Shown here piece by piece: positions 13,092 through 26,100 of a DNA stretch of 64,000 nucleotides; within the stretch, counting starts at the first letter, position 1, and each line of letters begins with the position of its first letter. The stretch spans positions 124,001 through 188,000 of the forward strand of contig JASANG010000273.1 in NCBI GenBank assembly GCA_030248215.1, in the 5' to 3' direction. The notes below the pieces were generated by a model. The model did no database searches and was not told the origin of the DNA. It was given only the letters and a program-made list of their open reading frames with translations. Origin of the DNA: Enoplolaimus lenunculus. Its lineage: Eukaryota. The position numbers and the translations under genes were made by a program.

Positions 13092-15189
13092 TCTACATTT
13101 CTCTAATCGACTATTACAATTTTATAAAAAAACCGAAGCGAAACGCGTTAGAGAACGCGGAGTTCACTATCGAAAGCTGTCGTTAAAGTTTAAGTTCCAC
13201 TCAACTGAGCGAAATAATTATTTTAGAATTTAAATTGAATTGCAAAAAATTTTCAACTCATATGGTTTTTACTCAACAGCTCGTGTGTTTCATTGGCCAG
13301 AGAAGCAGACGGCAGTGGGGTTCGTACTGTTGGGCCCACAGCATGCGAGATAATATACAAATACTGTAAATTAATCGTGAAACGGAAATCAATAAGTAAT
13401 TTGGGCATTACTTATTCCACTAAATTTTTGTGTTTATAATTTTTCCTGTCGTAAACAAAATCATAAAAAAACTGATTCAAACAATACGAAAAAATCAGTG
13501 CACTGCATTGTTTTAAGACATTACAGTTGCCGAGATTGCAACCATTTTGAGTCGTATTATATATGTACAAAATACAGATGCAGTTATATTCATTTTTATA
13601 CATAAATTGGCAATATTGCAGTTTGCTTGGCATGTAACGCAAAAAAACACAAAAAACGAAAGATATTAAGAAAAGAAAGCAAAAAATGAATCATTACAGC
13701 TCAAATTAATGAGCTCTCGCTTAAAAGTTGTAAAATAGTAGGTAAAGAGTTGATAAAATGCATTAACGGTAAAAATGGTATAACAGTCAATAGTTACCTT
13801 AATTTGATGTAATATATCTTGATAGCGGGAAAAGAACAATTGTATAACTGCATTTAGGTTGTTGTATACTTTATACTTTCCCGACGTTTGCGCTTAGGCT
13901 TAGGCTTAGGTAAAGGTTTAGGAAAAAGCGATTCGAAAACATTCAAAATTTATGTTAGAAAAAATTCTTATTTTTACTTTCGATAACAGTCGAAAGTTGA
14001 CCATAACCTGACAAGCTTCGGTCTTGGTAGTTCGGGTCTCGGTCATGGTAGTTTGGGTCTCGGTCTTGGGTCGGTTTTTGACCGAGATCGCACATTTGTG
14101 CCACCTTGACCCCACTTTCGGTACGTTCCTTGTCGATGAGATATAATATATGTGCTTTGCTGAAATTTTCAAAACAGAGACCGACTTTACTCGATGAATT
14201 TTGCTGTTACGTCACGTGACTCAATTGATAAAGATTCGTTTAAAAACTATAAAAAAATATTTTAAATTCTTTATTATCAAATGCGTATAGCAATTATCAT
14301 TATGGTAGTCTGTATACTGACGCGAAGCATTGTTTTTAGCAAAAAATAATGTTCCACCGACAATAAATCAACGGTGATTTTAAAGATGATCTAATATAAA
14401 CAGAGAATATTTCAGTTTTCGACAAAATTTAATTGAAGTTTAACTTTGAAATAAAGCTATACTCATTTAAAGCAAATTGATTTGAAAAATTCGTTCGAAA
14501 CTGGGGCACCAAAACGGCGTACATACACCAAGCGCATTTTCGCTCTCTAAATGCCTTAATTGATTGTAAATTATCAGGGTGTTAACGGATAATATAAGTA
14601 TCAGAAATGGATAGTGATCAAAATAACAGAAATAAAAACTGAAAACGGATATTGAAGTATAAAAGTTCCAAAGAATTTTTATTTTTTTGCCAACACAATT
14701 GAGGCTTGAAAAAATAGCGAATGCACCGAAATTTCTAACATTTTGAATAAATTTCGCAAATTTCTATAACAGAAACGGACGACGGATTTCTACTGGAAAC
14801 GGATATTCGGTAACATCCTGTAAAATAAACATCCTTACACGGTTTAAAACGGGCAACACGTTCACGTTTTCCTAAACAAACCATTTTAGACCGAAAGAAA
14901 CCACGACAAAATTTAATTTTGCCTCAGCTGGAAGGTTACTTCATTTACCATGTTTTTTGACGCTAAGATCCCGGCATCTACAAGCGAAAAAATGTGTTTT
15001 TTTCACAGAACTTAACCAATTTTTAAGGGTTTCAATTTAGCATTTTTAAATCTAATTTCACCTACACACAGTTGCTGGGCAATCAGCGAAACAAATGACT
15101 TAGCGATGGCGGAGAGAGGGGTCGGGAGTAAAGCGTTTTCCGAAGTAAAATCAAGTTCTCAGCTGGAACCACGGCCCGACCGAATACTC

Positions 15190-16370
15190 GACAACGATTG
15201 GTCAATTTTAAGAGCCAATATTTTAGTTTTTGTTTCAGTGACGTCATCCACGACCCCAAATTTCTGTGACCGATTAAATACTCTGCAACGATTGGACAAT
15301 TTTAAGAGCCAATATTTTAGTCGTTTTTTTCAAGTACGTCATCCACGAACCTAAATTTCTAGGTAAACCACTGCGTATAGCTACTTTTGCAATCGAACTA
15401 GAAAATCTACCTAAGTTAATTGGTACTTAGTCAAACAGTTGCATATTAGAGATTACTGTGAGCGTAATCTGATAATACCTTTAAGCTTACAATTTCTTCA
15501 AAACGTTCATTAAAGTTGTCCAAAATCAAATCCAGGGTCATCCGTAGAAACTTATATTTGGGGGCACCGAATAATTTTGGGGACCCCTTACAATTGCAAT
15601 TAGGCAATATTTTTAGTCGTTTTTTTGCAAGTGACTTCACACATGACCCAAATTTCTGGTACCGATTAAATACTCTGCAACGATTGGTCAATTTTAAGAG
15701 CCAATATTTTAGTTGCTTTTTCCAGTGACGTCATCCACGAACCTCACTTTCTAGATAAGCCACTGCGTATAGCTACTTTTGCAATCAAACTACAACAGAA
15801 AATCTACCGAAGCTAATTTCTACTTAGCCAACGAGTAAGCATACCAGAGCTTACTGTGAGCAGCAATCTGATAATACCTTTAAGCTTACAATTTGTTCAA
15901 AACGTTCATTAAAGTTGTCCAAAATCAAATCCAGGGTCATCCGTAGAAACTTATATTTGGGGGCACCGAATAGTTTTGGTGACCATTAAAGTTGTCCAAA
16001 ATCAAATCCAGGGCCATCCGTAGAAACTTATATTTGGGGGAACCGAATAGTTTTGGTGACCATTAAAGTTGTCCAAAATCAAATCCAGGGCCATCCGTAG
16101 AAACTTATATTTGGGGGCACCGAATAGTTTTGGTGACCATTAAAGTTGTCCAAAATCAAATCCAGGGTCATCCGTAGAAACTTATATTTGGGGGCACCGA
16201 ATAGTTTTGGTGACCATTAAAGTTGTCCAAAATCAAATCCAGGGCCATCCGTAGAAACTTATATTTGGGGGCACCGAATAGTTTTGGTGACCATTAAAGT
16301 TGTCCAAAATCAAATCCAGGGCCATCCGTAGAAACTTATATTTGGTGGGCACCGAATAATTTTGGTGACC
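15190..16370. repeat. Nested tandem duplications: a ~400-bp duplication followed by 6 x 77-bp units
   Basis: cattaaagttgtccaaaatc starts at 15508, 15907, 15984, 16061, 16138, 16215 and 16292. Confidence 0.92.
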
Positions 16371-16481
16371 CCTTACAATTGCAATTCAAGATTGTTTATT
16401 ATTATACCGAGTCTATTTGGAGGCACCTGCCCAATTTGGGGGGGGCACGGTACTTAATACTTCCCCGTAAAGATGCCCTTG
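16317..16481. mobile_element. hAT-like MITE, family C, with 8-bp TSD
   Basis: CAGGGCCATC...GATGCCCTTG flanked by atcaaatc/atcatatc (7/8). Relatives at ~1258-1425 (reverse), 33914-34050 and 35166-35337. Confidence 0.75.
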
Positions 16482-19400
16482 ATCATATCTAAATGTAGTT
16501 TAGGCTTCAGAAACAATATTAGCAAAATAAAAAGATATTCTAGACACCTAAATTAGCTGATTTTCAATACAGATTTGATGAAGTTGTACTCTACCTTCGA
16601 AAATCATATTTTGCAAAATTTAATCTGACGAATTTCTACCGGGTATTCGTGGAAAATAGTCTGTGTTACTAGTTCAGGCCCCGTAAATACGTTTAACCGT
16701 TTCTATAATGTACGCTAAAAATGTCATCAAAAAATGTAGCCTCGCTATGAAATATGGTCAGATAACAAGGGCGTCGCAGAATTTTATTTCGAAAAGGTAC
16801 ACATTCAGGGTTCTAACAGGATCTACATTTCACAGGCAGCAGGAATACGAACAGGAATTTAGTTTTATCGCCGGAACCGGAACAGGAACCGGAACAAGAA
16901 TTGGAAATAAATTGCACCACCGACTTATGACTGTTTATCAATTGCTCTGTGTTTTCATTAGCCAATTGTCTAAGGTCTGCAAAACCAAGCATTGAAGATT
17001 TCAAAATATGACGAATGTGCTTACAAAACGCAAATTCCAAAACAAGCTGAGTTTCAGCAAAATTGTTTATACGTAAAATTGGTGTGAAAACCTACTTACT
17101 CTTCACAATTGGCCACAAAACCAAAAAAATCCGTAGGAGCCAGTAGGCTAATGCTAAAACCTAAAATTTTCTATTTTTTCAATTTTCCACACCTTTTCGT
17201 GGTTTACCTGCGTACCACGGGGCATACACCACCCCAGAAGACTCTTGAACACGTGTCCACAGTATCTCTGGTTTTGATTGAAGGTTAAACTTGGGCTTTC
17301 TATGGTTTTGATTGACGGTTAAACTTAGGTTCAGGTTTAGGTTTAGAAAAAGGTTTACCTAAGCCTAAGCGTTTGTCTAAGCATTTTCCTAGACCTAAGA
17401 GCATTTGCCTCACACCTAACCTTAGCAATATACATGAGAAACATGTGTACAAGAACCCGCTCCACAGTAGGGTATCGTGGCACTTTCGAACCGCATCCGC
17501 GACACTTATTATTAATTTTACGGCCACTGCTGCCATCCACGCGACGAAACTCGGCGATTCTATAGATCAGATTTCACGCTAAAATGAATCTAAGCCAGAC
17601 GGAACGCAATGAACATAGGCAAAATTTAACGCTGACAGTTCTCGCTGAGGTTTCTGTTCAATTAAACCATCAGGTGACTTCCGCCTTGAATACGGCCGAT
17701 GCACCACGAACTTGGGTTTATTGTGAACGAGTGCGTGTTGTTTTTATAAACAAGCTGAGTGTGTGTGTTCTTTGGCTTGCTTGACTGCATTTGCTGGGGT
17801 GTATACAAACGAGGTACGAGAGGTATGTGCCCGTCTGAGATTTTTGGACAAGCAAGAAAAAATGTTCCCACCCCAAAAATGTGTGGACAAACAAGAAAAA
17901 ACGCACTTTTCATAGCTAATTTTTATTTACATATCGATATACTCTACCAAAATTGTACCATAGCCGCGCCTCTGTTGCGTGGACGACGAGCATACTTTTG
18001 TCGAAGTTAAATGTTGGACGGGATTAGGAAAATTAAGCCCCAAGCCACGCGCAAATATTTTTAAAATTATAAGTACTTTGTTTGTACTAATGCTAACAAT
18101 TCCAGCACTGTCATGGCCGTGCTTAGGCAAGACCAAATTCTATGAAAATTGGAAGGTTTACAGGCCGTTATGTACGGGCTATGAATACTGCTAACGTATC
18201 ACTAATTTAAAATATTCTCTTGTTCAAATTTTAAGACCACACACTTCAGAGGTGTACTCACAAAGTTTTCGACAAAAAATTATAACTCTGCCAAATATAT
18301 GGGCACCAAACCTGGGAGGGAGTGGGGCAGGGCACCGAACCCCCTTACCTATTTGTTGAGTACAAAACTTAGGAGGCTTTTTTTCACCCCTCACTTCGAA
18401 AGACAAAAAAACTTGATGAGCTTATTAGTACCCAAAACGTCTGTCAGGTTCATTACCCGATACAAACCGGTGCATCACAGTTCACGTAGCAACTTTACAT
18501 AATATTTCTGTTGGCTGCGTATACGCATATGGAAAATAAAACCTGACTGTTTAGGATCAATAGCAGCTCCTCATTAAATTTTATTCAAAAATGGTATGAC
18601 ACGTGTCCTTGGATCCATTTTCGTCTTTCAACAGGGCCAGTTAGTTGTCTTACTTGAGCTTCAGCATCATGTTTGACAGCTATGTATTGTTCACTCTTAA
18701 TAAATTGTGGCGTGATCAATCATCGCTTTCTGGAAAGTGTGAACATGGCTAAATTAATACTGAAATGACCGCAATCCACTTTCGAAAACAGATCAGCGCT
18801 CATGCTGCCAAGTAAAAAAACGTTATATCAGTTTAAGTAGGTTTAAGACCGCAAGTGTTAAAATAGTGTCCAAGATCCTAACGATCCAGCTTTCCTTCTA
18901 AATTGATTAAAACCTATCACCAACTGCCTACTGGCAGCTGCATTACCCAAAAACCGCATAAGCCACCACAAAAGCCCAGACAATGGTCCACTCTAAGCGA
19001 GGACTAAACTGTTATTTTAGATTCAAACACAACTCTGTAATTTCACTAGAGATAGGAGCTTTAGCTACTCAAAAATCACTTTTTTTCGCTCAACTGGTTT
19101 TTTTCGTAGCAAACGCACACGATAGTTCCAACGTATACAACCTCGTGCAAAATTTTTTTATACCTTTTATTCCCTCTAGCAGCATTCATTAGGTTAGTTC
19201 AAATCGTGTGAAAATTGATTTTGTCTTGTCTGACCAGAAATTTTGGACAGAGATGCATTTTGTTTTCGTCTCTATAATACCCTCCAGTCTTCAGCCAAGC
19301 CCGTTCAACTGTTTCCCAACAACAAGCTACCGTAGAACACGTACTTGTAACAACAGATTGCCTACAGTTAACCAGTTTGTCTTCGCCAGAACGAGCTACT

Positions 19401-19984
19401 TATCCAGTTGTTTATTCGAGTTCCGAACCGGATTCTGGTATTTTTTTCGCGAGACAAATCCAAAACAAAATTATTGTTCAACTTTAGCTTAAGCTTAAAC
19501 GACTCTCTCGCATTGGTATCGTTTTCAGTCGGCTTAGAAAATAATTGAAATTTGACTGGGTTTTAAAAATTTGAACCGTCGGCTCCGTTGGGAATTGAAC
19601 TCAACTAAAAAAATACTAACGATAACAACAACAATAAATGGGTTAAAACACTTTTGTTCAGAGGGCGCATACTAGCGATAGATGCTAAAACCGGAGCCGG
19701 GCCAGTTTTTATGCACAATCCTAAATGAAGTTGCATGAAAACGAATCTTATAACGCTCGGTTCTCCTTTGAGAAATATAAACATCACAAGACACAACAAA
19801 TTTCATGATTTGGTTAAAAGATTATTTTCCCACTGTTAGCCACCATACACGTAGTACGTGTATTGTAGTAGCTCGTGTTGAAAGTGGTTATTTTTACGTG
19901 ATCTAACTTGGCTCCGGTTGGTACCGTCTCCGGTTCCGGCAAGAATCGCGGCCCCGGGGCATCTCTATAACATATACATATATG

Positions 19985-20169
19985 GGCCCATGTTACTTTA
20001 AGGGGTGTCCAGGTTTCTGGTGGGTCTATAAAAGAGTAGGTTTACATTCTATATTTTTTGTTTAGGCTTAGGCTTAGGCTTAGGAACTCATTTTTGCAAC
20101 GCTTAGGCTTAGGCTTAGGCTTTGGAATACGCTCGATCTACTGTTACGACCCTTAAAGTAACATGGGCC
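19985..20169. mobile_element. Merlin-like MITE containing TTAGGC repeats
   Basis: TIR GGCCCATGTTACTTTAAGGG / CCCTTAAAGTAACATGGGCC, perfect 8-bp TSD CATATATG, two internal (TTAGGC)3 tracts. Confidence 0.85.
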
Positions 20170-21929
20170 CATATATGAATATATATTATCATATATATGT
20201 ATATAATATATATATTACATATATATCTATATATAATATATATATGTATATATTATATATTCAGAAAAAGTCTTCGTGTTGAAACGAAGAAAAATGCGAC
20301 GCGATGAAACGATAACTGTTCAAAAATGTAGGAACATATGACTTGGCAACTAAGTTTACTACCTGCGAACATAATCTTAGCAACCAGTTTAAAAGCGACA
20401 TCGCATGATTTATAGTCTAACAACGGCAGGTCAATTAACTCCGCCCGCGGTGCCAGGAGCGATTTCCAATTTAAATATGATCTAATTAGTCGTTTATAAC
20501 TAAATTTTACCAAAACAAAAAAATGTTTTATAGTTTTGGTGGCGTTGTTGACAAAATTATTGTATAATTTTGATATTACATATAAACACAAATAACGTGA
20601 TTCAGAACAAAACCGCAATAGTGGAAACAGCGAGGGATAGCGCCACACAATGCGAACTCCCGTATTTTTAAGGTTGAATTTTTGTGACAATATAGGCTAT
20701 TAGGTTCATTGAATCTAAGACAATTTGTCGACCAACAGTTTCTTAAAGCCTATTAATAAATCTAACCATAATTTTAAGTGTAATCCTATGCCGACTAAGT
20801 CTATTGAGCATAATGGTGGGCGACGAATTGTCGAGTCGATAGAATTTTGAATTACAAATTGTCGAGCGGCGAATATATTTCAACATTAATACCATTTTAA
20901 ATCGTTACACCACCGTTGAGATTCAAAGAAAATTTAAATTCAACCGCAATGAACTCCACCCTTTGACAAATGGCTGCTCGTTAGGCATATCAGATAAATA
21001 AATACTCGAAAGATATATCTGTCTTGCAACACGGCAGCAACGCAAAACTCATAAAGACTGTGGGTTTATTCAACTGGGATATTGGTATATATCCTGTCTG
21101 CTTCTTCGTGAAGAATATCAAAAAAAGCCACTTCAGGCACGTAGGCAGCTCACCTTGGTAGAGGGAGGCTAAAAAATTTTCAGGAGGGACATTTAAAGGG
21201 TTCAATGACTTACAAGCATAGTTGAAAATCATCAAGGGGGGCAAAATTTTTCTAGTGGGGCTGAGCCACACCTGCCCCCCTTGGCTACGTACCCGAGCCA
21301 CTTTAAGCAGCTTTCTTTTTAGATTCAAACATCACACTTCAATGCGCTGGTGAGTTCCTGCAAGGGCGTAGCCAAGGGAACGAGGATTTGTGAGGTCAAA
21401 GCCGTCCTTTGATATTTTGGCACCATGGTTTTACACAAGAAATGCCCCTTCAAAATTTTAATACAACCTAACAACCACTATTTCCAAAATCTTAGATACG
21501 CCTATAGATTCACAAGAGTGAGACATGATTCAAAAGTTATAAGAAATCACCAACTGGCTTATAGATGCAACACATAAACCAGAATATCAATCCTGGTCAT
21601 AACAGACGTACTTCAAGTTTACTTTCCTGGCCTCAGATTGCACCTTCAAACCCGCAAGACCTTTGCTGTTATCGAAAGCTGGTCTGATAAGTTCTGGGCT
21701 GCCGGGTCAAATGCACGCTGGGCCGGTTTAAATTAAGGCCACTCAACATAATGAAAAATTTTGATAGTGTAAAGTAGTTATAGCCCTGCCCAGGGCTACT
21801 ATAACTACTAGTGTAATTATTTTTCTAAATATTCAATTGTGAGCACGTTATACAAATGCCAGGATCGATTATAGTGCCAGTCCAGCCATCGTTGTTATGT
21901 TAGGTCGATTTGAAAAATGTTGGGCTTAC

Positions 21930-24298
21930 CTCAACGTATCGGCGACGTCTAACCCAAATGCCGATGCACCTGAACTTGTACCGCTATTATTTGCACCGGC
22001 GAACAATTTACTGCTGTAATGGGACGGCCGGCGACGTCTTGAGCTATTAATACTCGTATTCGACAACGTAATCGCGCGATGTCCGCCTACGATCGCAATC
22101 CCTGTCGTCGAGCTGCTCGCCGATACACCACCGTCTTCAAAGCAACCCCCAGTCGATGATTGGAGACTATCGCGACCACCGTTTCGACGGCGACACGACG
22201 ACGATGATATCATCAAATTTGGTGGAAACACAGCACCAGATCGCGGCGGTTCGGCGAGATCGACCGACCAACTTTTGGTAGACTGATATGCGAACTGTCG
22301 GGACTTGTATTTAGACCCTGGTGTCGCGGTTGTAGACAGTCGCTGCGACGGTCCACCGCGAGTCGCCGTCGCGACAACAGTTGGGGACGACGTTCGATCA
22401 GACGTCGTCACCGCACCTCCGTACTGCTGTGTCGACGACCGACGCCGGATAGACGAACTACGTCTAGACGTCGCGGGCGATATTGTGGCAGACAGCGGTT
22501 GCTCGATGCCGACTTCACCAGTCGCGTTCGACTGTCGATGTTGATAATAGTCAAACGCACAGGAGTCGCCGGCATCGGACAATTCGTCTGTACAGCGGCG
22601 ATTGCTGTTGTTGCCATCGCTATCATCGTCGTCGTCGCCACTCACAAACGCTTCTTCATCGATTGATTGTTGCATAATCGGTGTGCGAAGTGGTTTTAAC
22701 GTTGAAGACAACAAAGACGACGACGCCGACGACGGCGGCGACATCAACAACGTCGGTGGATCGGCGTCATCGGTCGCAGTAGCAACAACTATCGGCGGTT
22801 GAGATAGGTCAGCGCCTCTGGGTGGCATTAAAAGCAAATCACCGCCGTCAACACTGCAATCAGGAGCGACAGCGTCTCGAGACGACTTCAAAAGCGAATG
22901 CGATCGAAGTCGTCCGATTAAAGGATTTCGTGTACTTCCACTGCTGCCTGTCGCTGTCTGATCAAAAGTCGCGTCGACGTCTGTCGGTGGTGATGTTTGG
23001 GCGACAACGTAGACAGATGGATGAGGTAATCGGCGGCTGCTTCCGTGGCAATCTGGGTTGTCTGATAGCCGCGTTGGCGGCGACACAATAGCGGCGTCGT
23101 CGTCTTCACTGAGATCAGTCGATATTTCGCTGATATGACTCAACATGGTTGGTTTGGCGAACCAATGCTTGGCGAGGGCCGTCGTTGACGTCGCATCGCT
23201 GGGGATCACGGATTCCTCCTGGGTGCCGCAAGCGCTTGGATCGACGGTCGATAATTGCGTCGTGTTGCTGTGAAGTACTCTGTCTGCGTTGAATGCTGAT
23301 GAAATTTGGTCGATGCCAAACTGTTGGCAGCTCTGTTCTTTCGGCGAAGCCGCCTCATCTGAGGTGGACCCTTCGTGCCCTCCAGATTCCGTAGATCTCC
23401 GTGCTGGGGGGCATCGCTCAGCTGGGCTCCTACTGGTTACAGCCTGACACTGACCAGATTTCGCTGTTGGTTGTTCCTCGTAATTACGACCAATACTTTC
23501 CACAGACGAAGTCATATCTTCGGAGCTTCGCAACCCAGTTGCGAACTTTTTGTGACGCCCGAATTCAAACGCTTTCATTTCACCCGTACTAGGCGGGCTC
23601 GATCGGGCGCCGCCTGAACATCGTTCGCCAGGGGTAACTATCTGGTCTATCGATGACCGTACGCCGCCACTCAGCGACGAGCTAAAAAATCTGGGAAACC
23701 ATCGCGACAGTGATCCCGGACTTGTCCGCGGAATAGATTCATGATCATTGCTCACAATTGGTGCGGTATTCGAACGCGTCTTGCTTGCACAACGGCGGCG
23801 CCGAATTTTCGCCAATAACGGAAAATAAGGTCCTCCGCGACCCGTCGAGCTTTGACCTACTTCTTGACCAACAAAATTTTTCGTTTCCACCTCAATATTA
23901 CTCAAACCACCTGTTGTCATTTTGGACAATTTTGACGCGTTTGACAGTTGTGACGACACCGAAGTTAATGATTTTGGAGACGCTACGCTTGCATCTGCGT
24001 TTGTTTCTGGTTTTCTTTGAGATCCATTGCTAAGTTGCGGCTTGGAGGCCCGGCGTGAGGATAAGGATTGCTTAAATACCCCGAAACGTTTTTCAGACCT
24101 TGCCAATGAGTCCTCAGAGGGCACAGGTCCGCTGTTCGACGGCTCAGCAGACTGGTTTTGCCGTTTGAGTAGCCGAGTTTCCGCCTTGCCCCCTCCGCCA
24201 ACAGTTGTCGCCCTGGTGGTATGAACTGATTTTGAATCTGATGGCATTTCGCAACGAACTTTTGAAGATGACTTAGCTAGTAACCAATTGATACACAT
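21930..24298 (-). CDS. Very large Ser/Arg/Gly-rich coding exon, probably an alternative first exon of the PDE4 gene
   Basis: 790-codon open frame that is GC-rich relative to its flanks, ending in a consensus donor AG|GTAAGC at 21930/21929 (phase 2, same as the UCR1 exon donor). Same strand as, and downstream of, the UCR1 exon. Start could be 24298 or 24247. Assignment to PDE4 is inference. Confidence 0.75.
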
Positions 24299-24892
24299 TA
24301 AAATTTAATTTGCATCCGTAGAACGGTAGTTTTGTTAGGTTTGATATGAGTTTTTTTACATTAACCAAATAAAGCCAAAATTTAAACCAGATTTTATAGT
24401 ATATTATTTTAGATATTTATCTCGTTTTAAATGTAATGCATTGGCAGTGAACATTATTTTGCTTTGTTATGGCTTTTGAAGTACCCATACGTAACTTTTT
24501 ACATTAATAGTACAGACTAAGATTAAAGAAACACTAGAAATTTTGTTAATCATACTCGTGTATTTTACTTAATTGCAATAATTCAAATTTGTTTGGCACA
24601 ACATACACAAAACTGAGCGAATATGAGTGGCTGATTTAAGATTTTTAGACCGGGGGACGTAATTTGATGGTTGAAAAATGGATGTATCGGTCCAAGAGCA
24701 GTCCATTTTTCGAGTAAAAAGCCAAAATTGGTTAAGAAGATGTTTACCTCTCAAGTGATTATTTGGCCAAATATGTTCCAAATCCTGATGGATCACCACG
24801 CCAAAACAACAAACTTCGACAGCTTAACAGGGTTTAAGACTATTCGTATACCAGTAAAATACTGGCGAACCTAGGGAATACTGTGCGTGAAT

Positions 24893-25140
24893 CTACGACA
24901 ATTCGTCGCCCGACAACTTGTCGCCTAACAGTGTCCTGAAGCCTATGAAAGAATCTAAGCATAATTGTAATCAGTAATAAAGAGTCTAAGCTTAAACCTA
25001 AGCGTAATAGAAAAACAAAAATTATTAAAATTATTAAAAAATTTTCTAAAAAAAGAAAAATAAATCATGGGCGACAAATTGTCGAATCAACAAGACTAAA
25101 TTACAAGTTGTCGGGCGCCGAGTTGTCGCACGACGAAGTG
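24893..25140. mobile_element. TIR element of the ACAATTCGTCGCCCGACAAC family
   Basis: Inverted cgacaattcgtcgcccgacaac / gttgtcgggcg motifs; relatives at ~20718-20875 and 44884-45054. Confidence 0.65.
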
Positions 25141-25339
25141 TGATATCACTGTACGTATCAAGAACCTTGCGAAAATTTTCAATTTTTTAGAAACACCATA
25201 AATACAGGCATTTCAGTTGTTTAGCTCAAAACTGATTTCTTGGCGAAAACTAAAACCTAGCTTCCTAGTAGAAAAATGACATTTACACTTTAAGAAGCGG
25301 TACGTTCAATACGAAATAATTAGATATTTGTGCACTGTG

Positions 25340-26100
25340 TCGAACAACTATGTCTAAGAAACAAATTAGTCAAATTAAAGGCTGTCATCACTAAAGCAGG
25401 ATGTTCAAGACGATTTTAATGACCCCTTGAGACAAACAAATAGGCCCTACGCTTACGACTCAACGCTACAACCTGAAATTTTTAGTAAAATAGGCAAGAA
25501 GATCTCCAGTGGGGACAACGAAATTTTTAATAACAAAGAATTCTTTTACTGCAATTGACAACTACAAGACCCTTGGCTTCTAGGCTATGACGGCTCATCA
25601 TAAGGACACGGTAGTGTCTCTTATAATATGTTTTATCCAAAATTTTTGATTCATTACGCTGTCCAGATTTTCAGACTACCGATTCAGATGCAGTTTATTT
25701 TTCACATACAGCAACAAACCAATGTGTACTTGCTTCATGACACGAAGTAACACTTTCGACTTCGATGGTCACAAACTGGATCAAAATCATTTTTGATTTT
25801 TGTGCAAATTTTCTTTGCATTTTGACTCAGATAATTGGCGTTGAAGTAATCTAAATAACTGGGCAACTGAAAGATATACAGCTAATGCCACTTTTGGAGC
25901 ATAGCGTACTGCGTTGGCTTCGATGGTTACCTTTTGAAATCTCTTCTTCAATTCCATGTATTTTCAATGGATTTATATAGTAACTTTTGTTATGATTATT
26001 TGAAAACGTAATGACAGTAGCCAATATACATAGCTAGCTTTGAACAAGCATTTGGATAAATTCTATAAGAGCACAAACTGTTTGTGAATGTCGTGGCGTC
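25340..26100 (+). pseudogene. Possible heavily decayed hAT-type transposase relic
   Basis: Manual translation across frames gives the ordered fragments ISSGDNEIFN (cf. GDNxNxNF), LLEHSVLRWL (cf. LLxHxxTRWLS), IFNGF, and DKFYKSTNCL*MSW (cf. FYxxxxxYLxxW), with many stops and frameshifts. Confidence 0.4.

Noticed and set aside
18654..18810. Possible small PDE4 exon ending in a GTAAGA donor
   Set aside because: Frames are closed by nearby stops and there is no PDE4 similarity.
1..21900. Expected HGDDLIVTPFAQ, UCR2 and catalytic PDE4 exons
   Set aside because: Not found by eye; probably beyond the left edge, although a short exon could have been missed.
22305..24224. Many short ORFs overlapping the 790-aa frame
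   Set aside because: Shadow frames of GC-rich coding DNA.
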